Shown here: piece after piece, positions 1-13,300 of the stretch
Position numbering within the stretch: the stretch's first letter is position 1
How the letters are laid out: each line of letters begins with the position of its first letter
DNA from: Lingula anatina
Taxonomy: Eukaryota; Animalia; Brachiopoda
Direction: 5' to 3'
Length of the DNA: 64,000 bases
Assembly: GCA_051362555.1 (NCBI GenBank)
Contig: CM120644.1
Location: forward strand, 19,676,534-19,740,533
Notes under the pieces: model-generated
The model's input: only the letters and a program-made list of their open reading frames with translations
What the model was told of the DNA's origin: nothing
The model's database searches: none
Translations under genes and position numbers: made by a program

Positions 1-3000
1 AGAGTAAGTAATACATTGCAATATTGAAATATTTGTTTTGGTTAATTCTCACTCTTCTGATGATGAATTTCCTATAAACTCGACACTTAAAAATAAACAT
101 ACACAGCTGATCAGCTTATGACAGATTTTTATTATTGTTAAGCATCATTTGTACAAATTTCATAAACATTTGACAAGATTTGACTAAATTATTAATGTTT
201 AACTATTTTAAGGCCTTTGATTTGCCAGTCTTTTCAATGCAATTTTCAGTTTTCCCAAATATATTGTAAAAAAAAAAAACGCTTTTCATTAGTTACAGTC
301 AACTGATCAGCTTCTCACAGATTTCTATTAATGTTAATTATCATTTGTTCAAATTTCATAAACATTGGACAAGATTTGACAAAATTATTAATGTTAAACT
401 ATTTAAAGGCCTGCGATTTGGCAGTCTTTTCAATGAAATTTTCAGTTTTCCCAAATATATTGTCCTAAAAAACACTTTTTATAAGATAAAGTCAACTGAT
501 CAGCTTATCACATATTTTTATTCTTGTTAAGCATCATTTGTACAAATTTTAGAAATATTGGAAAATTTTTGACAAAATTATTAGCGTTTAACTATTTCAA
601 GTCCTGCGATTTCCCAGTCTTTTCAATGTGATTTTTAGTTTTCCCAAATATATTTTCAAAAAAAACACTTTTCATTATATACAGTCAACTGATCAGCTTA
701 TCACAGATTTTAATTGTTGTTAAGCATCATTTGTACAAATTTCAGAAATATTGGACCAGATTTGACAAAATTACTAACGTTTAACTATTTTAAGTCATTG
801 AATTTGCCAGTCTTTTTAGTGTAATTTTCAGTTCTTCCAGTTATATTGTTCTTTTTCTAGAGTACCCTTATCATGAAAAAGCAGGCAGTGAAAGACAGCA
901 CCAAGAGCAGCACTATGTCTTATCCATGTGTACAATACATGATATTTGGCAAGATTTAGGACTTTGTCAACTATTGTGATAACAACAACCCCTCCCAGAA
1001 ACCCATTGTAAGGAGTAATCTGCATCTAGCATTGGTAGTAAGGAGAAGTCTTGTATGGGTATATATTGTTTTCCAGATGACAGTTAGAGGTAATTTGCAA
1101 CCTCTTACAAAAACAACCTCAAATCATCACATTTGCTGTTTTCTTTCAGAGTAAATAATACATTGGTTAATTTTCACTCTTCTGATGATCAATTTCCCAT
1201 AAACTTGACACTTAAAAAAAGACACAGACAACTGATTAGATTATCACAGATTTTTATTGTTGTTAAGGATCATTTGTTCAAATTTCAGAAATATTGGACA
1301 AGATTTGTCAAAATTATTAACGTTTAACTATTTTAAGTCATTGAATTTGCCAGTCTTTTCTATGTAATTTTCAGTTCTTTCAGTTATATTGTTCTTTTTC
1401 CAGAGTACCCTTACTATGAAAAAGCAGGAAGTGAAAGACAGCACCAAGAGCAGCACTATGTCTTATGCATGTGTACAATATATGATATTTGGCAAGATTT
1501 AGGACATTGTCAACTATTGTGATAACAACAACCCCTTCCAGAAACCCATTGTAAGGAGTAATCTGCATCTGGCATTGGTAGTAAGGATGAGTCTTGTATG
1601 GGTATATACTGTTTTCCAGATGACAGTTATAGGTAATTTGCAACTCCTACACAAACAACCTCAAAACATCAACAACCTCAATCACATTTGCTGTTTTCTT
1701 TCAGAGTAAATAATATGTTGCAATATTGAAATATTTGTTTTGGTTAATTCTCACTCTTGTGATGATCAATTTCCCATAAACTTGACACATAAAAAAAGAC
1801 ACAGACAACTGATCAGCTCATCCCAGATTTTTATTGTTGTTAAGCATCATTTGTACAAATTTCAGAAACGTTGCACAAGATTTGACTGAATTATTAACAT
1901 TTAACTTTTGTAAATCCTGCGATTTCCCTGTCTTTTCAATGTAATTTTTTTAGTTCTCCCAAACATATTGTCTTAAAAACACTTTTCATTAGATACAGGC
2001 AACTGATCAGCTTATCACAGATTTTTATTGTTGTTAATTGTCATTTGTACAAATTTTATAAACATTGGACAAGATTTGACAAAATTTCCAAAATATCTTG
2101 TCCTAAAAACACTTTTCGGTAGATACAGTCAACTGATCAGGTTATCACAGATTTTTATTGTTGTTAATTGTCATTTGTACAAATTTTATAAACATTGGAC
2201 AAGATTTGACAAAATTATTAATGTTTAACTATTTTAAGGCCTGCGATTTGCCAGTCTTTTCAATGCAATTTTCAGTTTTCCCAAATATATTGTTCCCAAA
2301 AAAACACTTTTCATTAGTCACAGTTAACTGATCAGCTTATCACAGATTTTTATTCTTGTTAGTCATGATTTGTACAAATCTTATAAACATTGGACAAGAT
2401 TTGACAAAATTATTATAGTTTAACTATTTAAAGGCCAGTGATTTGCCATGCTTTTCAATGAAATTTTCAGTTTTCCGAAATATATTGTCCTTAAAAACAC
2501 TTTTCATTAAACACAGTCAACTTATCAGCTTATCACACATTTTTATTCTTGTTAAGCATCATTTGTACAAATTTAAGTAATATTGGCCAAGATTTGACAA
2601 AATTGTTAATGTTTAACTATTTTAAGTCATTGATATTGCCAGTCTTTTCAATGTAATTTTCATTTTTCCCAAATATATTGTCCTTAAAAACACTTTTCAT
2701 TAAAAACAGTCATTTGATCAACTTATCACAGATTTTTATTCTTGTTAAGCATCATTTGTTTAAATTTCAGAAATATTGAACAAGATTTGACAAAATTATT
2801 AATGTTTAACTATTTTAAGGCTTGTGATTTGCCATTCTTTTCAATGAAATTTTCAGTTTTCCGAAATATATTGTCCTTAAAAACACTTTTCATTAATCAC
2901 AGTCAACTTATCAGCTTATCACAGATTTTTATTCTTGTTAAGCATCATTTGTACAAATTTAAGTAATATTGGCCAAGATTTGACAAAATTATTAATGTTT

Positions 3001-6000
3001 AACTATTTAAAGGCCTGCGATTTGCCAGTCTTTCAATGAAATTTTCAATTTTCCAAAATATATTGTCCTAAAAACACTTTCATTAAACATAGTCAACTGA
3101 TCAGCTTATCACAGATTTTTATTGTTGTTAAGCATTATTTGTACAAAATTCACAAATATTGGACCAAATTTTATCAAAATTATTAACGTTTTTAACTATT
3201 TAAGTCATTGAATTTGCCAGTCTTTTCAATGTAATTTTCAGTTCTCTCAGTTACATTTTTCTTGTTCCAGAGTACCCTTACCATGAAAAAGGAAGGAGTG
3301 AAGACAGCACCAAGAGCAGCACTATGTCTTATCCATGTGTACAATACATGATATTTGGCAAGATTTAGGACATTGTCAAATATTGTGATAACAACAACCC
3401 CTCCCAGAAACCCATTGCAAGGAGTAATCTGCATCTGGCATTGGTAGTAAGGAGAAGTCTTGTATGGGTATATACTGTTTTCCAGATGACAGTTATGGGT
3501 AATTTGCAACTCCTATACAAACAACCTCAAAACATCAACAACCTCAATCACATTTGCTGTTTTCTTTCAGAGTAGATAATATGTTGCAATATTGAAATAT
3601 TTGTTTTGGTTAATTCTCACTCTTGTGATGATCAATTTCCCATAAACTTGACACTTAAAAAAATAACATAGACAGCCGATCATTATTATAGTTTAACTAT
3701 TTAAAGGCTTGTGATTTGCCATGCTTTTCAATGAAATTTTCAGTTTTCCGAAATATATTGTCCTTAAAAACACTTTTCATTAAACACAGTCAACTTATCA
3801 GCTTATCACACATTTTTATTCTTGTTAAGCATCATTTGTACACATTTAAGTAATATTGGCCAAGATTTGACAAAATTGTTAATGTTTAACTATTTTAAGT
3901 CATTGATATTGCCAGTCTTTTCAATGTAATTTTCATTTTTCCCAAATATATTGTCCTTAAAAACACTTTTCATTAAAAACAGTCATTTGATCAACTTATC
4001 ACAGATTTTTATTCTTGTTAAGCATCATTTGTTTAAATTTCAGAAATATTGAACAAGATTTGACAAAATTATTAATGTTTAACTATTTTAAGGCTTGTGA
4101 TTTGCCATTCTTTTCAATGAAATTTTCAGTTTTCCGAAATATATTGTCCTTAAAAACACTTTTCATTAATCACAGTCAACTTATCAGCTTATCACAGATT
4201 TTTATTCTTGTTAAGCATCATTTGTACAAATTTAAGTAATATTGGCCAAGATTTGACAAAATTATTAATGTTTAACTATTTAAAGGCCTGCGATTTGCCA
4301 GTCTTTCAATGAAATTTTCAATTTTCCAAAATATATTGTCCTAAAAACACTTTCATTAAACATAGTCAACTGATCAGCTTATCACAGATTTTTATTGTTG
4401 TTAAGCATTATTTGTACAAAATTCACAAATATTGGACCAAATTTTATCAAAATTATTAACGTTTTTAACTATTTAAGTCATTGAATTTGCCAGTCTTTTC
4501 AATGTAATTTTCAGTTCTCTCAGTTATATTTTTCTTGTTCCAGAGTACCCTTACCATGAAAAAGGAAGGAGTGAAGACAGCACCAAGAGCAGCACTATGT
4601 CTTATCCATGTGTACAATACATGATATTTGGCAAGATTTAGGACATTGTCAAATATTGTGATAACAACAACCCCTCCCAGAAACCCATTGCAAGGAGTAA
4701 TCTGCATCTGGCATTGGTAGTAAGGAGAAGTCTTGTATGGGTATATACTGTTTTCCAGATGACAGTTATGGGTAATTTGCAACTCCTATACAAACAACCT
4801 CAAAACATCAACAACCTCAATCACATTTGCTGTTTTCTTTCAGAGTAGATAATATGTTGCAATATTGAAATATTTGTTTTGGTTAATTCTCACTCTTGTG
4901 ATGATCAATTTCCCATAAACTTGACACTTAAAAAAAAAGACACAAACAACTGATCAGCTCAGCTCAGATTGTTATTGTTGTTAAGCATCATGTGTACAGA
5001 TTTCAGAAATATTGGACAAGATTTGACAAAATTATTAACGTTTAACTATTTAAGTCCTGTGATTTCCCAGTCTTTTCAATGTAATTTTTTGTTTTCCAAA
5101 ATATCTTGTCCTAAAAACACTTTCCAGTAGATACAGTCAACTGATCAGGTTATCACAGATTTTTATTGTTGTTAATTATCATTTGTACAAATTTCATAAA
5201 CATTGGACAAGATTTGACAAAATTATTAACGTTTAACTATTTTAAGGCCTGCGATATGCCAGTCTTTTCAGTGCAATTTTCAGTTTTCCCAAATATATTG
5301 TCCTTAAAAACACTTTTCATTAAAAACAGTCATTTGATCAACTTATCACAGATTTTTATTCTTGTTAAGCGTCATTTGTTTAAATTTCAGAAATATTGAA
5401 CAAGATTTGACAAAATTATTAATGTTTAACTATTTTAAGGCTTGTGATTTGCCATTCTTTTCAATGAAATTTTCAGTTTTCTGAAATATATTGTCCTTAA
5501 AAACACTTTTCATTAATCACAGTCAACTTATCAGCTTATTTCAGATTTTTATTCTTGTTAAGCATCATTTGTACAAATTTAAGTAATATTGGCCAAGATT
5601 TGACAAAATTATTAATCTTTAACTATTTCAAGGCCTGCGATTTGCCAGTCTTTTCAATGAAATTTTCAGTTTTCCAAAATATATTGTCCTAAAAACACTT
5701 TTCATTAAACATAGTCAACTGATCAGCTTATCAGATTTTTATTGTTGTTAAGCATTATTTGTACAAAATTCACAAATATTGGACCAAATTTTATCAAAAT
5801 TATTAACGTTTAACTATTTAAGTCATTGAATTTGCCAGTCTTTTCAATGTAATTTTCAGTTCTCTCAGTTATATTTTTCTTTTTCCAGAGTACCCTTACC
5901 ATGAAAAAAGAAGGAGTGAAAGACAGCACCAAGAGCAGCACTATGTCTTATCCATGTGTACAATACATGATATGTGGTAAGATTTAGGACATTGTCAAGT

Positions 6001-7270
6001 ACTGTGATAACAACAACCCATCCCAGAAACCCATTGCAAGGAGTAATCTGCATCTGGCATTGGTAGTAAGGAGAAGTCTTGTATGGGTATATATTGTTTT
6101 CCAGATGACAGTTATAGGTAAATTGCAACCTCTTACACAAACAACCTCAAATCATCAACAACATCAATCACATTTGCCATTTTCTTTCAGATTAAGTAAT
6201 ACATTGCAGTATTGAAATATTTGTTTTGGTTAATTCTCACTCTTCTGATGATGAATTTCCCATAAACCTGACACTTAAAAAAAAAGATACACACAACTGA
6301 TCAGCTTATCCCAGATTTTTATTGTTGTTAAGCATCATTTGTACAAATTTCAGATATATTAGACAAGATTTGACAAAATTATTAAAGTTTAACTATTTTA
6401 AGTCCTGTGATTTCCCAGTCTTTTCAATGTAATTTTTAGTTTTCTGAAATATATTGTCCTAAAAACCCTTTTCATTAGATACAGACAACTGATCAGCTTA
6501 TCACACATTTTTGTTGTTGTTAAGCATTGTTTGAACAAATTTCAGAAATATTAAACAAGATTTAACAAAATTATTAATGTTTAACTATTTTAAGTCACTG
6601 AACTTGCCATTCTTTTCAATGTAATTTTCAGTTCTTTCAGTTATATTGTTCTTGTTCCAGAGTACCCTTACAATGAAACAGCAGGCAGTGAAAGACAGCA
6701 CCAAGAGCAGCACTATGTCTTATCCAAATGTAAAATACATGATATTTGGCAAGATTTAGGACATTGTCAAATATTGTGATAGCAACATCCCCTTCCCAAA
6801 ATACATTTCAAGGAGTAATCTGCATCTGGCATTGGTAGTAAGAAGTCTTGTATGGGTATATACTGTTTTCCAGATGACAGTTGTAGGTAACTTGCAACCT
6901 CTTACACAAACAACCTCAAATCATCACATTTCCTGTTTTCTTTCAGAATAAATAATACATTGCAATATTGAAATATTGTTTTTGGTTAATTCTCACTCTT
7001 GTGATGATCAATTTCCCATAAACTTGACTCTTAAAAAAAGAAACAGACAACTGATCAGCTTTTCCCAGATTTTTAGTTTTGTTAAGCATCATTTGTACAG
7101 ATTTCTGAAACATTAAACAACAATTTTTTTAAAATTATTAATGTTTAACTATTTTAAGTCGTGGAATTTTGCATTGTTAATTTTCAGTGTAATATTCAGT
7201 TTTCTCAAATATATCATCCAAAGACAAGACTTTTCATTAGTCATAGTCAAATGATCAGCTAATCACAGAT
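1..7270. repeat. Complex higher-order tandem repeat: ~192-bp monomers interleaved with six ~400-bp B modules
   Basis: The monomer ACAGTCAACTGATCAGCTTATCACAGATTTTTATT...GATTTGACAAAATTATTAATGTTTAACTATTT recurs about every 192-193 bp (e.g. ~296/490/681 and ~2514/2707/2900). The B module AGTACCCTTA...GAAAGACAGCACCAAGAGCAGCAC... starts near 861, 1404, 3271, 4544, 5889 and 6661. The array runs off the left edge. Confidence 0.95.
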
Positions 7271-8891
7271 CTTAATTTTAGATGAACTTTTTGGGTCGAA
7301 AAGTACCATAGATCACAGTGATGAAAGATAATGTCCCAAGAGATGATTGAGGATTAATCCAGGAAACTTTGTAAGTATATTTTTTGGACTTCATTTTTTT
7401 AGAAACCACTTTATTTTCCTATTTATATCTACAATGTGTGCAGTTCTGGGCTTTTCGTTATCCGACACACTGTACAAAAACTTGCAACTTACGTCTGCGT
7501 ACTGCATCAGGCGTTTGGCGCCAGAAGTTATTTTGGTCTCGAATGAATGTGAGAATCCGCGTGACACCACAATGTCATTGGCAACGGATGCGTTAACGAC
7601 CAGGAAGAAAGGCATCAAAAGCCCTATTGATAAGCAAAGATTATGGTTTTACTACAATAACAGCTGTTTTAGTGGTAAAATGCAAAAGAATATATATTTC
7701 CATGCGTTGTTTATAATGTATTTCTTGCGGAATTTTGAATCTTAAAGAAATAGTTATTATTGCTTTAAGAAATAAGTAATTTTATAGTTTTTTATAGTGC
7801 TATATATCCATAATTTTATGTCCCCTTTTGAATAAATGGACATTTGTTAAATCATTTTTTTTTAATATTTCAAGTGGTCCTACAGAGTGGACAAGAAGCA
7901 GAAGCAGGCAGGACCTGCCTAGAAGGGATAGACCTTGCTGTCAGCAATCAGTGGCTGGTTGAGACTTGAAGTGTCATAAAAAACCAAGCACTTTTGTTCA
8001 TAAGAAACTGTTGGATGGGTTTCTCAGCCTGCAGGAACTGTCTGGAACAACTTTTTAAAGAGTCACATATTATAAGTCCAAATCTAATTTTTTTAGTATT
8101 GATATCAAAGGATTCCCCTGCATATTGAAATAGTTGTTGCTATGATTTCAGTATGAGCAAGGCCCTGCATTCCAGTGGTGGGGGCGAGTTCAGACTGGGT
8201 CACCTGCAGGAATGGTGACTTTCCATGGAGGAAATGTTGTGGCCATCAGCATGCCAGACTTTGTATATGACAGTTCTGTGGCACAGAATGGGGTAAACAT
8301 AGTCACATATTGTATAGAAATGTAATCAGTAAAAGATTTGAGGGTTGATTTGGATACTCAGTTGAGACAAAAGACAGAAGATTTGGAACTTTAAAGTTTT
8401 CAGTATTTTGCATATCTTGTATGTGTATAGCTTCATCTTCTTGTATTTTTTTTTTTTTTTTTTTGGGGGGGGGGGTGTATATTTGTTTGTATTTTACAAA
8501 TTTCCTGTGAAACATTTTATATTTATGCTTCATTAACTGGAAATTTTCTTTTTATTTATTGGTCTAAAGAACTAACATTTTTTCTCATAGGATGCAATGG
8601 AACCAGAGTACAACAAAACAGAATTTTGAAGACCACAACAAACCGACCAATTTCTCCAACCCAATGTATGATAATATAATAGGATTAGAACCTGCTAATC
8701 CCCCTAAAAAGGATTAGAACCTGCTAATCCCTCTATAAAAGGATATGACCAGCCCCACTCACTCCAATGGGGTAACAGACAACCCATGGCTCTAAGAGAA
8801 GAGCACCAAGATGGCGGCACAACGTGAGTAACCTGCTCGTAGCTCCTCGCTAATGTCATTTTTGTGTCTGTCTGTGTAGACTTTGATCAAA

Positions 8892-9800
8892 ATGCCAGGT
8901 GACAGGAAAAAATCAACTCAATCAACAATCGACCAATACAAGAATCAGAAAAAAGAGTCTGCTGAAAAGCCATCAAAAAAGGAAAAACGGAGTCACTCCG
9001 ACGTGGCAGAAGAGAGCATGGAGGGGGCGGACCTTGACTCTCAACTAGCCAGCATCCACGGTGACCTGGCCGGCATAAAAGAGGTATTGAGTTCTTTAGT
9101 CACTAAGGATGAAATAAGTGACATCGTAGCAACAATAACCGATCAAATGCTAGAAAAACAATATGAACTCATACAAAGTGAGATGAAAATAAGAATTGCC
9201 GAGGTCACGGGTAAAATGCAAGACAAAGTTGACTCACTATTGCTAGAAAATGAAAACCTTAAAGAGAAACTGAATGAGAAAGAAAAGAAACTAAAAGATC
9301 TGGAGGAAAGGGTCGTTCAAAATCATGCTAGATCAACTGAAGCAATCAAACAAAGTAACTACAACGAGCAATACTCGAGAAAATTAAATGTAAGAGTCCT
9401 AAACTTCCCCCCTCGCAACAAAGAAAATTTAAGAAGTGACTTCCCTGAATTTCTCAAGAAAGAAATCAACATTGAACTGGCCCCCCATGATATAACTGCA
9501 ATTCATAGAATCCCAGGCAGAGAGGGACAACATCAGCCAGTCATTGTAAAATTGAGAAATAATGACATAAAAAGATCAATTATGACCAAGAAAAAGGAAA
9601 TAAAATCAAGTGTGAGGCTCTACGATGATATTACCCATAGAAACCTGGCCCTTATGTCCAAAATAAGGCAGACTGGATTAGTGGACTATGTCTGGTTCTA
9701 CAACGGAGGAGTTTATGCCCAAAAGTCCACTGGGAAAAGAATTAAATTTGACCTTTTTGACAATATAGAAGAAAAAATAAAGAAGTATCGTGGCTCATAA
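8892..9800 (+). CDS. LINE ORF1p (coiled coil plus L1-type RRM/CTD)
   Basis: Basic N-terminus, heptad coiled coil (LLLENENLKEKLNEKEKKLKDLEE), then EQYSRKLNVRV...IHRIPG...PVIVKL...LYDDIT...VWFYNGGV, typical of L1/Tx1-type ORF1. First ATG at 8892. Confidence 0.9.
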   Translation: MPGDRKKSTQSTIDQYKNQKKESAEKPSKKEKRSHSDVAEESMEGADLDSQLASIHGDLAGIKEVLSSLVTKDEISDIVATITDQMLEKQYELIQSEMKIRIAEVTGKMQDKVDSLLLENENLKEKLNEKEKKLKDLEERVVQNHARSTEAIKQSNYNEQYSRKLNVRVLNFPPRNKENLRSDFPEFLKKEINIELAPHDITAIHRIPGREGQHQPVIVKLRNNDIKRSIMTKKKEIKSSVRLYDDITHRNLALMSKIRQTGLVDYVWFYNGGVYAQKSTGKRIKFDLFDNIEEKIKKYRGS

Positions 9801-10369
9801 TCCACCTACATGTACAATGTAAACAGTAGACTGAATACAGTGTACTTATGAACTGTGGTAAACGAAATAACTGTAACTTATTGCTTCTTCTACCTGAACA
9901 AAACACTGTGTTTAATTTACCAATAATGTAATATAGAAGCCATATGTATATTTATTGTACGTAATATTTTTCAGATTACTTTCTCCTTGATGACTATTAT
10001 TTGGTTGACTGACACAGCTTGAGCTGCAAGACCTGAGTAGACATCACTCCGTTTGTACTGTATCTATTATGTTCCCTGTGCAAGGGTATAGAAATTATTC
10101 ATTCATGCGTGTGTGTGTGATTGTGTATGCTTGCGTAAAATTATGGTTGGTAGCACATTACTATGAGATGCTCACTGTTAGCTTCCTATCTTTGTTCTAT
10201 TGTGAAGAAAGGAACACTCTTACATGTATATCACGGCATGTTAGATTTAGGAATGTCAAACTAGAATACTCCTCTCAGTCATACTATCATTGCTGTACTC
10301 GAGCATATTCTCTTTCAATAACATAAAAAATGTACCTAATCATCGTATGCCCGTGAATAGCAGTGTATT

Positions 10370-13300
10370 ATGTTTACTAACAGGGTTTTTTTTTTACCAC
10401 TTAGCATGAATTCAATTAAGATCGCTTCTATTAACTGTCAAGGCCTGAGAGACTCTACAAAGAGAAGAGATATTTTTCACTTCTACAGATCAAAGAAATA
10501 TCATATAGTATGTTTGCAGGATACCCATTTTGACAGTCATGAAGAAAAAAGGATCTTATCAGAATGGGGTTACAAAGCATATTTTAATTTCTTTTCTACT
10601 AACTCTCGGGGTGTTGCAATTTTAATAAATAATAATTTTGAATTCGAGTACCTTAAGGAATTTAAAACAAACGACGGCAATCTTTTAGCTCTTGATGTAA
10701 ATATAGAAAAAAATAGATTCACATTAATCAACATTTATGGCCCGAACAGGGATACTCCAGATTTTTATGAACAGGTACGAGATATAATAATAGACTTTAA
10801 TAATGAAAATTTCTTGATCTGCGGTGACTTTAATCTTACTTTAAACCCTGATATAGACACAGAAAATTATGCAAATGTGAATAACCCTAGAGCTAGGCAA
10901 AAATTACTTGAAGTTATGAATGACCTAAATATAATTGACTATTTCAGACTTCTCTACCCTGACGAGAGGAGATTCACATGGAGAAGAAGGAATCCCAGAA
11001 GGCAGGCTAGACTAGATTTCTTTTTAATTGCGGATAACCTTCAAAATTCAGTTTCTAATATTTCTATTAAGGCATCATACCGATCTGATCATTCACCCGT
11101 AATTTTAGAATTAAAGCTAAATAAATTTATTAAGGGCAAAGGCACTTGGGTATTTAACAGTTCCCTCTTAAAAGATGAGGAATATGTGAGTAAAGTGAAG
11201 GACATAATTAAGAGAACAAAAGTTCAATATGCAGTTCCGGTGTACGCCGAAGAAAATATTACAGAAATTCCAAACGAACAAATATCTTTCACTATTGATG
11301 ACTCCTTATTTTTAGAAATGCTTTTAATGGAAATTAGAGGAATGACAATTTCCCATTCCTCTTTTAAGAAAAAACAAAGGGACAGGCAAGAATTAGAACT
11401 AGAAAGAGAAATTTATGTAATGGAAATGAACCACCCAAATGAAAATTCTTTGGACGAACTTGAGGCTAAGAGGGAGGCGTTGAAAAATATCAGACAAGAA
11501 AAACTAAAAGGAGTCCTCGTCCGAGCAAAATGCAGATGGATTGAGGAAGGAGAGAAGCCTACGAAATATTTTTGTTCACTTGAATCCAGAAATTATGTCA
11601 ATAAAACTATTCAGAATTTAGAACTACCAGACGGAACAACAATATTTGATCAAAAACTTATACTAAATGAAGCAAAGTTATTTTATGAACGCCTTTACTC
11701 GTCAAAAACTAATCAATTAGAAGAGGTAGACCTAGAATTATTTTTTGCAAATTTAGATGTCCCCAAATTAAGCGAGCCTGATAAGGAATATTTACAAACC
11801 GAAATTACCTCAAAGGAACTTTTGAGGGTGCTGAAAAAAATGAAAAATAACAAATCGCCTGGATCTGATGGCTTTACTGCAGAGTTTTATAAATTTTTTT
11901 GGAATGATTTACATAGTTTTATAATTAGAGCAGTTAATGAAATTTTCATCAATGAGAAAATGATGGCGAGTCAAAATCTTGGGATTATAACCTGTATTCC
12001 AAAAGCCGATAAAATCAGAAAATTTATAAAAAATTGGAGGCCTATAACCCTTTTAAATGTTATTTACAAGATGATCTCGGGCTGCATAGCGGAAAGAATG
12101 AAACTCTATCTTGATAAAATTATTTCTAATTCTCAGTCCGGGTTTATTGCCGGAAGATATATTGGGGAAAATACAAGATTAATTTATGATCTAATGCATA
12201 TCGCAGAAAAGAAAAATATTCCTGCTTTACTCATTCTTATCGATTTTGAAAAGGCCTTTGATTCTGTAGATTGGGGCTTTATTGATAAAGTTTTAGACTT
12301 TTTTAATTTTGGGGAAACTATAAAAAGGTGGTTTTATATCCTTAATTACGATAGCAAGGCCTCTGTTACACAAAACGGCCACTTGTCGGAGCCTTTCAAA
12401 ATTTCGAGGGGCTGTCGTCAAGGGGACCCCTTGTCTCCCTATATCTTTCTGCTTTGTGCTGAGATTCTCGCAATCATGATAAAGAATAATAAAGATATTT
12501 GCGGAATAAAACTTGGTGACACCGAATTTAAAATAATCCAGTATGCTGATGACACCACCCTTATATTAGATGGTAATAGGTCTTCTTTCTTAGAATCTTT
12601 CCGTACATTAGACTATTTCTCAAAAATTTCAGGTCTCCATATCAACAATAGCAAGACTAAACCAGTGTGGATTGGCTCAAGAAAATATAGTCGGGAAGTT
12701 TTTCACCACGTTAGATGGAAACTTGATTGGGGTTCGACTCAATTTAATCTCTTAGGTATAGAATTCTCGGTAAATTTAAACGATATGGTCACTTTAAACT
12801 TTGATAAACAAATCCCGAAGATAGAGGGTATGATTCGGCATTGGAATAGAAGAATACTTACCCCTATTGGTAGAATTACTATCTTAAAAACCCTTATCAT
12901 CCCAATGCTGAACCATCTTTTCATTTCTCTGCCAAATCCAGATCCAGTATTCATAAAAAAACTAAGTTCCATTTTTTTCCAATTCATTTGGGGTAGCAAA
13001 ATTGATAAGGTAAAGAGAGGTCAGATAGTAAAGGATTATGAATATGGTGGTCTAAAAATGACAGACTTAAGTAAATTCATAACGGCATTAAAATGTACAT
13101 GGATAAGAAGACTATACCTTAAAAATAACGTTTATAACACTATTCTCCAGAGCACCTTTGATTTACAATCTATTTGGAATATATTTGACTATGGAAATGA
13201 TTATTTAGATATACTCTTACGCAATTGCAATAACAGGTTTTGGAAAGATGTCATTATCTCCTGGAAAGATTTAACATACGGTATAGAAGATATGAATAGC

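Noticed and set aside
345-6140. Repeated 60-105 aa ORFs in the satellite (MQIT..., MLSII...)
   Set aside because: They are by-products of tandem repetition, mostly with non-ATG starts and varying frames, and show no domain signal.
1-7270. CRISPR-like array
   Set aside because: Units are 190-400 bp with no unique spacers and no cas genes, in a eukaryotic context.
7280-8300. Exon-like islands as a KDZ/HMGXB3-like transposase
   Set aside because: Only faint motif echoes (SSGG, MPDFVYD) with stops; insufficient without a profile search.
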